DNA of 64,000 bases from Chrysemys picta bellii. Lineage: Eukaryota. Below, piece after piece: positions 33,177-44,851 of the stretch. Both the position numbers and the translations under genes were made by a program. The notes under the pieces are model-generated. The model made no database searches and was not told the origin of the DNA. It saw only the letters and a list, made by a program, of their open reading frames with translations. How positions within the stretch are numbered: the first letter of the stretch is position 1; the number at the start of each line of letters is the position of its first letter. The stretch is from the NCBI RefSeq assembly GCF_011386835.1, contig NC_088797.1, positions 29,388,001 through 29,452,000 of the forward strand. Reading direction: 5' to 3'.

Positions 33177-36100
33177 CTGGGGTGGGGCAGGGGGGCTGTT
33201 CATATGGGGGCTGTTTATAGAGGGAGCATGGGGGGACTGGAGTGAGGTCTGTTGTGGGGGCTAGAGGGGATCAGAATTGCCTCCCCCAGTCCATCCTGCT
33301 GTCAGTGCCTCCCTTTGGGCTCTGAGTTGCTCCCCCCACACACTGTCTACTAATCCCTAACCCCCATTCTTCCTTTAGCAGGCAGAACTGGTATCTCCCC
33401 TCATAAACCCCATCAGGGGACCCCAGCCCCCTTTGGGCCACAGGAAGAAGATTCCAGGCCCCCCATCTCTGTGTCAGTGGCAGCATCCACGCTTCCCACT
33501 CTGATGTTAATCTGTATACGCAGGATGCTTCTCTCATCCCTCAGTCTCACCACAACTTTGCCCCCGCCCAGGAGTCAGCCCCCTACATCTGTGGGGAATG
33601 GGACACAAGGTCTTTCCCTCTATGGGGGGTGGGGTGAGCTGTTGTGGGACAGGATGGAAGGACTGTCTGGATCGGGCCTGTAGGGTTTATTGGGTGGGGA
33701 GGGGGGAGTCTCCATTCCTGTTTCTGCTGGATCCCTTGTCAGCAAGCTCCTGGCAGCCCGGATGCTGGGTGCCTGTGTGGGAGGAGGAATCATGGGGTTG
33801 TGTCGTTGTCGCTGCGGGTCACTCAAGGACAGAGAGGGATGGCTGGAAGCTGCCACCCTGTTCCTTCCTGTCTGTGACCCCCTGCTCACCCCTGAGCTAT
33901 ATTTATCCACTCTGGGAAGAGGTTGCTTGCTTTCCTTTCCTGCTGGGGCCACATTCCCTGGGAACTCAGACCCCAGGGGGCTGGGAATCCAGCCTGGACT
34001 ACGCTCTCCCTGCTGCTAAGCAGGGTCTGTCCCACACTGCACAGGGCTGAGGGACCAAACCACTGGACTGCAGGAAGGAAACAATGGAGCCTAGTACTTC
34101 ATAGGAACCAGGACTCCTGGGTTCTATGTCCTGGCTCTGGGAGGGGAGTGGGTCTAGTGGTTAGAGCAGGGGGCTGTGAGTCAGGACTCCTGGCTTCTAT
34201 GTTCTGGCTCTGGGAGGGGAGTGGGTCCAGTGGTTAAAGCAGGACTCCTGGGTTCCATTCCCTGCTCTGTGATAGACTTTCTTTCACTCCCAGACAGCTC
34301 TGAAGAGGTCCATATGGAGGGGAGTCCCAGCTAGTGGCACCCAGTGTGTACTGGGGGGTACTGACCCAGCTTGGGTTAGAGGAGGGGAGCTCCAGGCCCA
34401 GCAAAGCCTGGCACATGATCCCATTCTTGCTCTCACTGCGCCCCCTCCCCCCCATGGGCGCTCCAGCTGCTGAGCAAATCCAGATGTTGTTGTGGGTCCA
34501 GCCGGCCTGTGTCGGGTGGGGTGGGTGTGAGCAGGGAACGCGTGAGCCCATCACATTCCTGCTGTGATGACTCACTTTCCCTGGGGTGCTGGGGTGTCCT
34601 GAACCACCTCTCCCCTTAACACTCCACCCCGACTAGAGCTGGGTTGGAACCCAGGAGTCCGGGCTGGGTCGGTGCTGGCTCTGTGCAGGAGAGGCAAGGC
34701 TGCGAGTGCCCCTCTCAGCCCGTCGGCCTAGTTAGCATGGCAGCGCGTGTGAGTGTGACCAGCTACAGGCACGGAGGGGATGTTTAATGCACTGTTTCCT
34801 CTACACACCCGTGCACACACATACACCAACATGTACACAGAGCCGCTCACCGATACGCACTCTCACCCGCACTCGCCTGCCCAGCGCACTAGTTGTGGGG
34901 CACATGCCATATCTCTCGCACACCAACCCCGTGAGGGCTGGGAGCAGGTCTCTGGGCTACAATCCCCCAGGCCTGGAGGTGCTGGGATGGCTGAGCAAAA
35001 CCAGGGCTGGGTCATACAAGAACAGGGCGCATTCGAAGGGGACACACACACACGCCCAGCCTCCAGGTCTGCCTGGCTCCCAGGGGGAGTTTCCCCCAGG
35101 TCTCACCAAGGGCGCAGGAACAAGTGGGGGAGCTGAGAGCCATTGAACCAAACTGTAACTCTGGGTATGATGGAAACCACTTCAAGCCGAGGGGTGCAGC
35201 AGCACCCCTTGTTCCAGCACCTATGGGTCTCACCTGTAGCCACTCATAGGCCCCCTGGCCCCACCACACCGCCCTGCCCCAGTGGCTGTCCTCTAAGAGG
35301 AGGGTAGATTGGAGTCAGCACCCCAAGAGGGAAAAAGCCCCCTTTCCCATGCCCCATCCCCTGGGAGCCAGTCTCCCCTCCGCCCCAACACACAAATCCT
35401 GGGGTCAGATGGGAGCTGGCACCCCCTGGAGGGGAAAGGCCCCAATGTCCCATGCAAAGCTTGGCCCTGCTCTCCCATCCCATCCTTTGGCTCTTTGCTC
35501 AGATACTTTCCTGGTGACGTGCAGGTCCTGGCCTGGCTCCTCCCAGACTGTCAAGCCTCAAATATTCCCCACTCCACCCCCCGACCCGGAGATAGACAAG
35601 GGGGGACTTCCCCAGGGACTCCTTCTTCCTCCGACCACCACAGCTGCATCCCTCCCCCAGAGAAGGGACAGAGGCAGGGCTGGGCTGCAGGGCTGGAGTG
35701 AGGGGCAGTGCCAGGGAGGCTGGGAGTCAGGGCTCCTGGGTTCTATTCCAGCTCGGTTGGGCGACCCCCTGTGAGCAGCGTGTGGGCAGTGCGGAGGTGG
35801 GGCGAGCTGTTGGGGGACAGGATGGATGCGCAGTTGCTGGGCTCTGGGGCAGCAGTGGGGGCACAGTGCCACATGGCGCTCGTGCCCCCCTCTGGCTGCT
35901 GATGGCTCTACCAGGCGCCGGAGCAGGTCCCATAGGACTGAGACAGGAAATGGGTTTAGCAGGGAATGGGCCTTGCTCCTTGCAGAGCCAGCGCTTTCTC
36001 CTGAGCACAGCTCGACCTCCAGCTCTGATGGTGCCCCTCAGCCCCAACCGCCAGCCCCCTGTTATCCCAGCATTGGGCTCCCCCACAGCTTTGCTGCCCC

Positions 36101-36799
36101 TCAGATATCCCACCATGACACGCTCCTGAGAGACCCTACAAAAACAAAGCCTGACAGAGGGCTACCGAAAGCGTCCTTAGCTCTGAGCCGAGGGGGTTAA
36201 ACGCAGTTGAACAGGACGGTACAAAGTGGGAGCTGGCAGCGTGCCCAGCCCTTCCCAGCCTCACTTTGCGCTTCTCTTCCCCACTGTCAGCCCCCATCTC
36301 CCCTCCACACACACTGTCACCTCCCCCAGTACCCACTGCACCCTCCCTCCCCCTTAACTGGTCATTTGCAGTCCCTATGATGGGACGGGGGCTGGATACT
36401 CATTAATCCCATTCACCCTAATGAGGCAGCGCCTGCTCCTGCCCCACCAGCGATCCTGTCACCGAGCCATGGCTGAGCCACAAGATAGCCCCTCCCTGAA
36501 CCAGAGGGAACCCAGGAGTCCTGGCTCTCAGACCTCCCTCTCTAACGCTCAAGACCCCACTCCCCTCCCAGAGCTGGGGATAAGGGAGGGGAGGGTAGAG
36601 CTGGGTCGCTCAGCTTCCCTTTTGTTGTGTCCAGGGCCAGATTTCACACTCACTCCCACATGCCCTCACAGGCGTGAACCAGCCCCTGATTTCCTCCCAC
36701 ACCGCCACAGCCCCCCACTGGCTAGCCAAACTCTGACCGGTTGCATGTCCCTCGCACACCCAGCTGGGTGCACACCCACACTTGTGCACATGCACTAAC

Positions 36800-37170
36800 C
36801 ATTTGCACACTCAAATGACACTGACACACACACAGACATTCCCCTGCACCTGGCTGTGCACACTCACACCGCACAGACACACACAGACATTCCCCCGTAC
36901 TGGCTGTGCACACTCACACTGCACTGACACACTCACACTGCACTGACACACACACATACATTCCCCCGCACCTGGCTGTGCACACTCACGTTGCACTGAC
37001 ACACACACTGACATCCCCCCACACCTGGCTGTGCACACTCACACTGCATTGACACACACACACACACATGCCGACATTCCCCCGCACCTGGCTGTGCACA
37101 CTCACACTGCACTGACACACACGCACACTCCCCCACACCTGGCTGTGCACACTCACACCGAACCAGCCTG
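36800..37170 (+). repeat. CA-rich minisatellite, about 50-bp unit
   Basis: Repeated cacctggctgtgcacactcacactgcactgacacacac..acattccccc. Confidence 0.85.
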
Positions 37171-38209
37171 CTTTTCCCATCAGGCTCACACACAGAACCA
37201 GCACACACGCACACACCCCCTATGAACTCACAAACACACACTCACCCTGCATGCTTCCCTGGCAGTGGGGCTGAGCTGGGGCAAGAGTGATGGGCACAGC
37301 AAGGGCTCCTGTATCTCCATACTCAGACAGACCCTGGGGTCCCCCTCCCCCAGCTGTGCTGATGACCCTCAATCCCAACCCACAGCCCCCTGCTATCCCC
37401 ACTCTGGGATCCTGTAAGATGAGCCTGTGCCTCCCCCATATCTCTGCTCGGTGGGGGAGGTGGCAGGAAGCTGGGGGGGTGGAGAGGGGGCTGTAGCTCC
37501 AGCCAAGACAAACAGACTGCCTGGGCTGCTCCTCTGCGGAAGCCTGAGGCCTGGGCCTGGCTGATTTCCAGGGGCACAGGGATGGGCCAGGCTACCTACC
37601 TGGGTCTCTGCCTCAGGTGGGCAGCTCAGGGCTGGGGTAGCAGGGGGCTGCGGGTCGGGATTGAGGGACACTGGCAGAGCTGTGGGGGGAGCCCAGGGCT
37701 GCGATAGCCGGGGGCTGCGGGTCGGGATTGAGGGGCACTTGCCGAGCTGGGGGGGGGAGCCCAGGACTGGGATAGCAGGGGGCTGAAGGTCAGAGTGAGG
37801 GGCATTGGCAGAGCTGGGGGGGTGTTCCCCAGTTCCTCGTTCTGGCTTCCGCTGCTGAGCCATGGCTGGGACTCACTGGGTGGTCCCGGCACTTCCTTTC
37901 CCAGCCCCCCTTCAGCTCTGCCCCCTGCCCGACCTGGATCTCTGCTCCCCACCCCCACTGCTGGGACAGGCCTCAGGCTTCTGCAGAGGAGCAGCCCAGG
38001 CAGTCTTTGGGTCCATGCAGTGGGGGAAGGGTATGGGGTGGGCTGCAGGCTGGCTTATTGCACCCCACGGCCAGGGGTCACGAGTGACTTGGGGGGAGCC
38101 AGGACACATGTTCAGAACGAGTCCTTGGGGGCCACATGGGTCCTCAGGCTTCTGCACGTGTGTGAGATCCCTGCATGGGCGCAGTCACGGCCCTGCTCCT
38201 CCTGACATG

Positions 38210-38850
38210 CCCACCCGCCCGCACGGGCGTCCGCCCGGCCCCTCGTGCTCATGACGTACCCGCCCGCTCATGACGGGCATCCACCCGGCCCCTCGTGCAC
38301 ATGACGTACCCGCCCCCCCCCCCTCACAGGCGTCCGCCCACCCCCTCGTGCTCACAACGCACCCGCCCGCACGGGCATCCGCTCGGCCCCTCGTGCTCAT
38401 GACGTACCCGCCCCCCTGCCCTCACAGGCGTCCGCCCACCCCCTCGTGCTCACGACGCACCCACTCGCACGGGCATCCGCCCGGTCCCCCGTGCACATGA
38501 TGCACCCACTCGCACGGTTGTCCGCCTGGCCCCTCGTGCACATGACGCACCCGTCTCCCTGCCCTCACAGGCGTCTGCCCAGCCCCTCGTGCTCACGACA
38601 CACCCGCTCGCACGGGCGTCTGCCCGGCCCCTTGTGCTCACGACACACCCGTCCGCATGGGCGTCCGCCTGGCCCCTTGTGCTGACGACGCACCCACCCA
38701 CACGGGTGTCTGCCCGGCCCCTCCTGCACACGATGCACCCGCCTGCACGGGCGTCAGGCCGGCCCCTTGTGCACACGACGCACCCGCCTCCCCACCTGCA
38801 TGGACATCCGCCCGGCCCCTCGTGGTCACGACGTGCCCACATGGGCGTCA
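38210..38850 (+). repeat. CpG-rich 45-bp minisatellite, about 13-14 units
   Basis: Unit gcacgggcgtccgcccggcccctcgtgctcatgacgtacccgccc, with length variants. Confidence 0.85.
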
Positions 38851-39963
38851 ACTTGGTCCCTTGTGTTCCGATGAGGCCATCCACCCACACAAGTGTCTGC
38901 CTGGCCACCGGGCAAGCGTCTCCCCACCACGGTGAACAGGGACAAAACTCCTTTAAACCCCCCACTGGTGAAGGACACCCCATCCCCAAGAACGGAGCAC
39001 CGGTATGGGTCACTCTCTGCAAGTGCTTTGGGGGGGACACTGGGGGCCTCTATGGGGGAAAGATTTGGGGTCATCACAGGGGAGATGACAAGGATTGGGG
39101 CAGTGGGCTGTGGGGAACTGGGGGGAGCATGGGGGGCTGGGCTGAGGGATTATAAGGAGCCATAGGAGGGGTATCAAGGAATGGGGGCCTGTACTGAAGG
39201 ACGGCAGTGCTGTGGGGGTGGCCTTGCCATGCGGGGCCATGGTGTTGGGGGGGGGGGCCCTGGGGGCAGGTATTGGGGCTTTGCTGGGTGAATGGTGGGG
39301 GTGGAGTGGGGGTGTCATGGTTGATGAGGGAGGCAGGGGACTGTAGGAGTGGATATCAGGGCTGTGCCAGGCCAGTGGGGGGGGGGGCTGTACTCTGGGG
39401 GAGGCCAGGAGGGGTCTTTGGGACAATGGGGGGCCATGCTACAGGGGGTGAGGGGAGCCAGGCCGTGGAGGGGTCCCTGTCCCAACCACACAGCCCCATC
39501 TGCTCTTCATTAGGCCCCACAGAGCTGGGATTCTTCTGGCTTCTCCTCCCGTCTGGCTCTAATTAACCCTTCTCAACACTCCCCCCCTCTCCCCGGCACA
39601 TTCCTGTCCATCTGGGGGGGGGGGGGGGGGGGGAGGAACGCAGGGAACTGGGGGAAGGGGGGTGGGGGGACAGTATGTTGGGGTTCAACCTGCCTGCCCC
39701 CAAATACACCCCCCATAAACATGCAGAGTCAGCCCTGCCCCCACCCACAACTCTGCCTCTGCCAGTGCCCCCTAGTCCTGACCCACAGCCCCCTGCTATC
39801 TCAGGCCTGGGTCTGTCCCACATGCAGGCTGTGTCAGGAGGGGGTATGTGTGGGGGCGCCATGTTGTCGGCACCTGAAGGCTGCAAACCCCCTTAGCTGA
39901 CCATAGCTGGGGGATGCCGGCTTCTCCCAGCAGGGCCCAGGGTCTATGCAGCTCCCTGATCCA

Positions 39964-39978
39964 GCCAGCAGGGGGCAG
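39964..39978 (+). promoter_or_regulatory. CTCF-like motif
   Basis: GCCAGCAGGGGGCAG is a close match to the CTCF core consensus; motif evidence only. Confidence 0.45.
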
Positions 39979-42595
39979 GGCGAGCACACACTTACACTAA
40001 CACTTGCACAGACACACAATGCACACACACACCGCCTAGCCTGCTCACTGTCGCATTTATAGAGTTTGCTCAGCCCTGATCCAGGAAAATCCATGGAGGG
40101 ACCATCGGCGGGGGGGAGGGTGCGTGAGCACATGCACATCTCGGGGGGTGAGGGTGTTCACCTTGGTGTGGGTGCGTGTCAGTGTGCATGTGTGCTTGCA
40201 CCAGTGTGTGTGTGCATGTGTCTCGAGGGGGAATGCATGTGTCTCTGTGTGTGGTCACACTGGTGTGTGTGCATGTTTGTATGTGCATGTCTGTCTGTGT
40301 GTGTGCGCGCTCGCACCAGCGTGTGCGCACATGTGTCTCCAGGGTGGGGTGTGCGTGTCTCTGGGTGGGTGAATGCATGTTGGTATATTGCACATGAGCG
40401 TGTCTCGGGGGGGGGGGTTGTCAGTGCGCGTTAATGTCTCTGGGTGTCCGTGTGTCTTGGCACGTGGGGGAGCTGGAGTTCAATTGGGCACAGACATTGG
40501 GAAACTCAATCAGTTGAAGGAGCCAAAAATCTCCTTCCCTTCCCCCCTGCCCCCTTCCTCTCCTGGCCCCCCCATGCCTCCTAGCACCCCTCCCACTCCA
40601 CCCCCCCCCCAAGGTGCCTGGGGGCCGTTGTTTGCCAAGTGTTTGCGTCAGGCCAGAGTCTGTTTCCAGTTTGTGCTAACAGGCCGGGCGGCTCTGGGGC
40701 AGGGAGCCCAGGAAACCTTCCCCCATCCGGCTGAGGTGGGGGGCTCCCTGGGCCCCCGCAGTATTAACCCTTCACTGCATGGTGGGCTGGGGGTGAGGAA
40801 GCCCAGGCCTGGGATAGCAGAGGGCTGTGGGTCAGGACTGGCAGAGAGGGAGGGAGCAGCCCAGGACTGGGATAACAGGGCGTATTTCCCTGCGTAAGAA
40901 GCTGTAGAACATTTAATCCATAGCCAGACTCAGTTTAAAATATTTACTAATGGTTTGTACACATTGTATACAGAGAAATCACTTCCCTGCCTCTGAGATG
41001 CTGCCACCTCTGGGGTGGCGCATGGGGGCTGTTTACACAGGGATTCCTCACCTGGCACTGAGATGAAGCCACTGCTGGGGCTGAGCATGGAGTAGGGATC
41101 CCTCACCCCGCGCAGAGATGCAGCCACCTCTGGAGTGAGGTGCAGCAACTGGGTAACTGCTCATTGCAGGATCGTTTAGGGCAGGAAGTGAGCCTCTACC
41201 TCTTCTCACAGCCTCCTGGAGGTCTCCCATCCACAGACCTGCCCCCGCTTAGTGTAAGAGCTGAAGACAGCCCATCTTACAACGGGACAGGGGGATGGGA
41301 TGTTCCTGGCTTTAGTGAAGGGTTAAGTGGGGGAGCCATGTCCCAGCCCACCCCAGTGGGACACAGACTCTGGGGGACCATCGCTCGCTTGGTGGGAAAG
41401 GCCCCAGGGGAGAGGGGAGTTGGTACAGGGAGCTTCCTGCCACCAGGAGCTTTAATTACAGAGGCAACAGCAGACACAAACATCCCTGCCTGCTCCCAGG
41501 GAGACCCATGAGTAGTGGCCTCCCCCCAACTCTAACCCACCAGCCCCCACTCCCCTCCCAGGGCTGGGAGCGTCCTGGATGGCCAGGGGGCTGAGTGTGG
41601 GGCTCGGTAGCTTATGACCCCCACAGATTTCTCACACAATGCCAATTCCAAGGTTTCCATCATGGAGTCAGGGGTTGACTCCCTCCCTCTCAGTAAAACT
41701 GTTTGGGAATAGAACCCAGGAGTCCTGACGCCCAGCCCCCCACCCCAGTAAAGCTGTCCAGCTGCAGGCAGTGCGGGCTCCACCCCTTTATTGTGAGAGC
41801 AACACACGTTAAGAATGGAACAGCATCTGGGGGCCCCCTGAACATCCACGCCCCCCAGAGGCCCCCCACATTATCTCCCCAAGACCTCCCACAACCCCCA
41901 TTCTGAGCCCCCCATGACTCCCCCCTTCCCCTAGCTCCAGGCCCCCACTTCCCTCCCCTCTTGGCTCCGTGGCCCCTAGTTCCAGAGGTCTCTCAAGTCC
42001 TGCAGGCACTTCTCCATCCCTGTCAGTTTCTCAAAGCTTTTCTGGGGTGGGGGTAGCAGTGGGTCCCATCAGAGGTTTCCCACAATCAGAGCAGTGGGGG
42101 TGGCTCCTGTGTCCATTTAGCAGAAGTCCAAGGAGCAAGATAAGGAGGAACCCAGCCCTGGAGATGAGGGGGGGGGACGTGTCCCAGGCAGGGTGCAGGT
42201 GATCCATGTCTCTGCCCTGGATCGTGGGGCCCAGTCCTAGTCCTAGTGCCAGCCCTGGGGTGAGGGTGATTCCATCTCCGGGACAGCCACTGCGCAATTC
42301 CAGGGGACCATCTGATGGAGGCAGGACAGTTGTGGGGGGACCATGCTCCAGCTGGGGAGTTGGGAAATAAATGAGGGTCCATGTTCCAGCCAGGGGGCAG
42401 GGTGGCTGCAGGGCCCTTGCTCCAGCCAGGGCGTCGGCCTCCATGTCCCAGCCAGGGGCTATGGGGTGGCTCCAGGGTCTCAGCTGGGGAGGGGTGCAGG
42501 CCAGTCCTGGCATCCCAGCCAGGGGGTCTCATCTCCCAGCTGAGGTGTGTGGGGGGGCGCGTCCTGGTCCCTTTGTGTTCTGGGCCCCCACAATC

Positions 42596-44851
42596 TCAGA
42601 CGCTGGTCCGGCAGGTGGTCAGATGGGCCCCTGCAGGGGGGTGGGGAGGCCCCTTGCTCCCCGCACTGGTGACCCAGCGGTAGCACTGTGTGACGCTGCG
42701 GCTCTTGGCCCTGGCACCACAGCGGGTGCAGTACACGATGCCCAATGCCACCATGATCACCAGGAAGACGCAGAGGGGCACCAGCAGTGCCACCAGCAGC
42801 CACCGGTCATCCCGCTTCCTCCGTGCCCGCTCCCCACCTGGAGAGGTGCTGGGGTCCTCCGAAGGGGGCAGCGGAGCCCTGGCCCTGTCTGCTGAAGGGT
42901 CCCCTTCCCCCGCACTGTAGGGTGAGGCAGGAGCACCAGGGGACCTTGGAGATTTGGAGCTTGGGGGGCTGGTGCTGGGGGTTGGGGGGCCAATTGTGGG
43001 AGTGATAGCGGGGCTGGTGTGGGGAACTGGGGGGCTATTGGTGGGCTCTGGGGGGGCAGTGGATGTGGGAGGGATCAGGGTGGTGGTACTGGGGATTGGG
43101 GGGCTGGTGGTGGGGTCCAGGGGACCAGTGGTTGTGGAAGGGATTGGGGGGCTGGTGGTGGGGTCCAGGGGACCAGTGGTTGTGGAAGGGATTGGGGGGC
43201 TGGTGGTGGGGTCCAGGGGACCAGTGGTTGTGGAAGGGATTGGGGGGCTGGTGGTGGGGTCCAGGGGACCAGTGGTTGTGGAAGGGATTGGGGGGCTGGT
43301 GGTGGAGGGGCGAGGGGCTGAGTGGCCAGTGCTAGGGTGTGGGGCTGCAGGAGAGAGATCAGGGGGCGAAGCAGTGGGGTCGGGGAACTCCTGGATCAGG
43401 CTGAAAGGCTCGTCCGTCCCCAAAACCTGCAGCACCTCCGCCCCCCACTCCTGCTGGTTCCTGAAGTGTGGGTAGAAGGTCTGCTGCCTGGTGGCCAGCG
43501 CAGGGGGCTCTGCCAGGGGGGCACAGCTGATGCGGTCAGCCTCCAGCTCGTAGCCCTCGGTGCAGTAGCACTCAAAGCCGCCCACGTAGTTGACGCACAT
43601 CTGCTGGCAGACGCCGGGGATCTGGCACTCGTCGTTGTCGACACAGTGCTGCGGTGCCTCCTCGGCCGGGCTGAAGCCCAGGTGGCACAGGCACAGGTAG
43701 GAGCCCTCGGTGTTCTCGCACTGGTGCTCGCACGGGGCGGTGTTGCATTCATCCAGGTCGGCGCAGCCCCCGGCCTCGTCGTCCTCGTAGCCCACCTGGC
43801 AGCGGCATTGGAAGCCGCCAGGGAAGTTGTCACACAGCTGCTCGCACGGGCCCGTGGCACACTCATCCGTGTCCTCGCACGTGTGCCCGTCACTGGCCAG
43901 CGTATAGCCCACGGGGCACAAGCACCGGTACCCTCCGTCCTCTCCTGGCACGCACTGAAACTGGCAGGGGTGGTTCTGGCAGCCATCGGCTGGGGCGCAG
44001 GAGCGCCCGTCAGGCAGTAAGGCGTGGCCGGCGTGGCACTCGCAAGAGTAGCTGGGACCCTCATCCACGCACAGCTGCTGGCAGCCCCCATTGTCACCCT
44101 CACACCAGTCCCCCAGCTCCTCCCCGCACAGGGGCTCCTCCTTGGACCAGCCCACGGAGCCGTCGTCCCGCTGCATGCACAGCACCGAGACAGGGGCTGC
44201 GCCACCACAGGCCACGGACGCCACTGTGCCGAAGGGGATGTGGCTCAGGGTGCTGCTGACTTGGCCGAAGGGTGTTGTGTAGCTCACGGGCCCCGTCTCC
44301 TCCGTGGCCAGTCCGTGGCACATGCCGGCAAAGCCGAAGCGGCACAAGAAGCCGTCCACGGGTAGGGTGCACGAACCCTCCAGCCACTGGAAATTCTCCT
44401 GCGTGGCCAGGCCATAGCTCAGCACCACGCAGCGCGAGGCCGAGCAAGCGGTGCCCCCGGCCGGCTCGGCCTGCGCCCAGTTGGTGTAGAGCGTGTCTTG
44501 GTCGCCGGTGGTCCAGGTGAAACCACGCAGTGGGCGCTGGGGGAAGCACTGGCGTGGCTGGCGCTGCAGCCCGATCCAGAAGAGCCGCCGCTGCCCTGTA
44601 CCTGGGCCCGTGGCCTGCAGCAGCTCCGCCACCTGGGCGGCCTCCTCATGGCGCTTGAGCGTGGCCAGGTTCCCGCCACGCTCTCGGCAGCTCCGCCAGG
44701 ACTCCAGGAAGCTGCGGCGTTGGAAGAAGACAACGTAGCAGCCCTCAGGACCACAGGCAGCCTCGGGCCCCGGCCAGGCAGCCTCAGGCCCTGGCCAGGC
44801 GCCCCGCGCCGGCCCCACCAGCCCAGTGAGGAGCAGCCAGAGACGCAGCAT
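42596..44851 (-). CDS. CD248: Endosialin / TEM1, single exon: C-type lectin, sushi-like, EGF repeats, mucin stalk, TM, PDZ-binding tail. An upstream in-frame ATG lies at 44896.
   Basis: Signal peptide MLRLWLLL, FWIGLQRQPRQC..RPLRGFTWTTGDQDT, EGF/cbEGF repeats, RDDRWLLVALLVPLCVFLVIMVALGIVYCTRC and C-terminal TCRTSV. The ORF is intronless. Candidate AATAAA (minus strand) at 41787-41792. Confidence 0.96.
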   Translation of the reverse strand: MLRLWLLLTGLVGPARGAWPGPEAAWPGPEAACGPEGCYVVFFQRRSFLESWRSCRERGGNLATLKRHEEAAQVAELLQATGPGTGQRRLFWIGLQRQPRQCFPQRPLRGFTWTTGDQDTLYTNWAQAEPAGGTACSASRCVVLSYGLATQENFQWLEGSCTLPVDGFLCRFGFAGMCHGLATEETGPVSYTTPFGQVSSTLSHIPFGTVASVACGGAAPVSVLCMQRDDGSVGWSKEEPLCGEELGDWCEGDNGGCQQLCVDEGPSYSCECHAGHALLPDGRSCAPADGCQNHPCQFQCVPGEDGGYRCLCPVGYTLASDGHTCEDTDECATGPCEQLCDNFPGGFQCRCQVGYEDDEAGGCADLDECNTAPCEHQCENTEGSYLCLCHLGFSPAEEAPQHCVDNDECQIPGVCQQMCVNYVGGFECYCTEGYELEADRISCAPLAEPPALATRQQTFYPHFRNQQEWGAEVLQVLGTDEPFSLIQEFPDPTASPPDLSPAAPHPSTGHSAPRPSTTSPPIPSTTTGPLDPTTSPPIPSTTTGPLDPTTSPPIPSTTTGPLDPTTSPPIPSTTTGPLDPTTSPPIPSTTTLIPPTSTAPPEPTNSPPVPHTSPAITPTIGPPTPSTSPPSSKSPRSPGAPASPYSAGEGDPSADRARAPLPPSEDPSTSPGGERARRKRDDRWLLVALLVPLCVFLVIMVALGIVYCTRCGARAKSRSVTQCYRWVTSAGSKGPPHPPAGAHLTTCRTSV
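43092..43305 (-). repeat. Coding 48-bp VNTR (PSTTTGPLDPTTSPPI x4 plus partial) in the CD248 mucin stalk
   Basis: Identical units start at 43092, 43140, 43188 and 43236, with a partial copy at 43284. Confidence 0.95.

Noticed and set aside
38270-39155. Several 76-196 aa ORFs
   Set aside because: Products of the 45-bp minisatellite.
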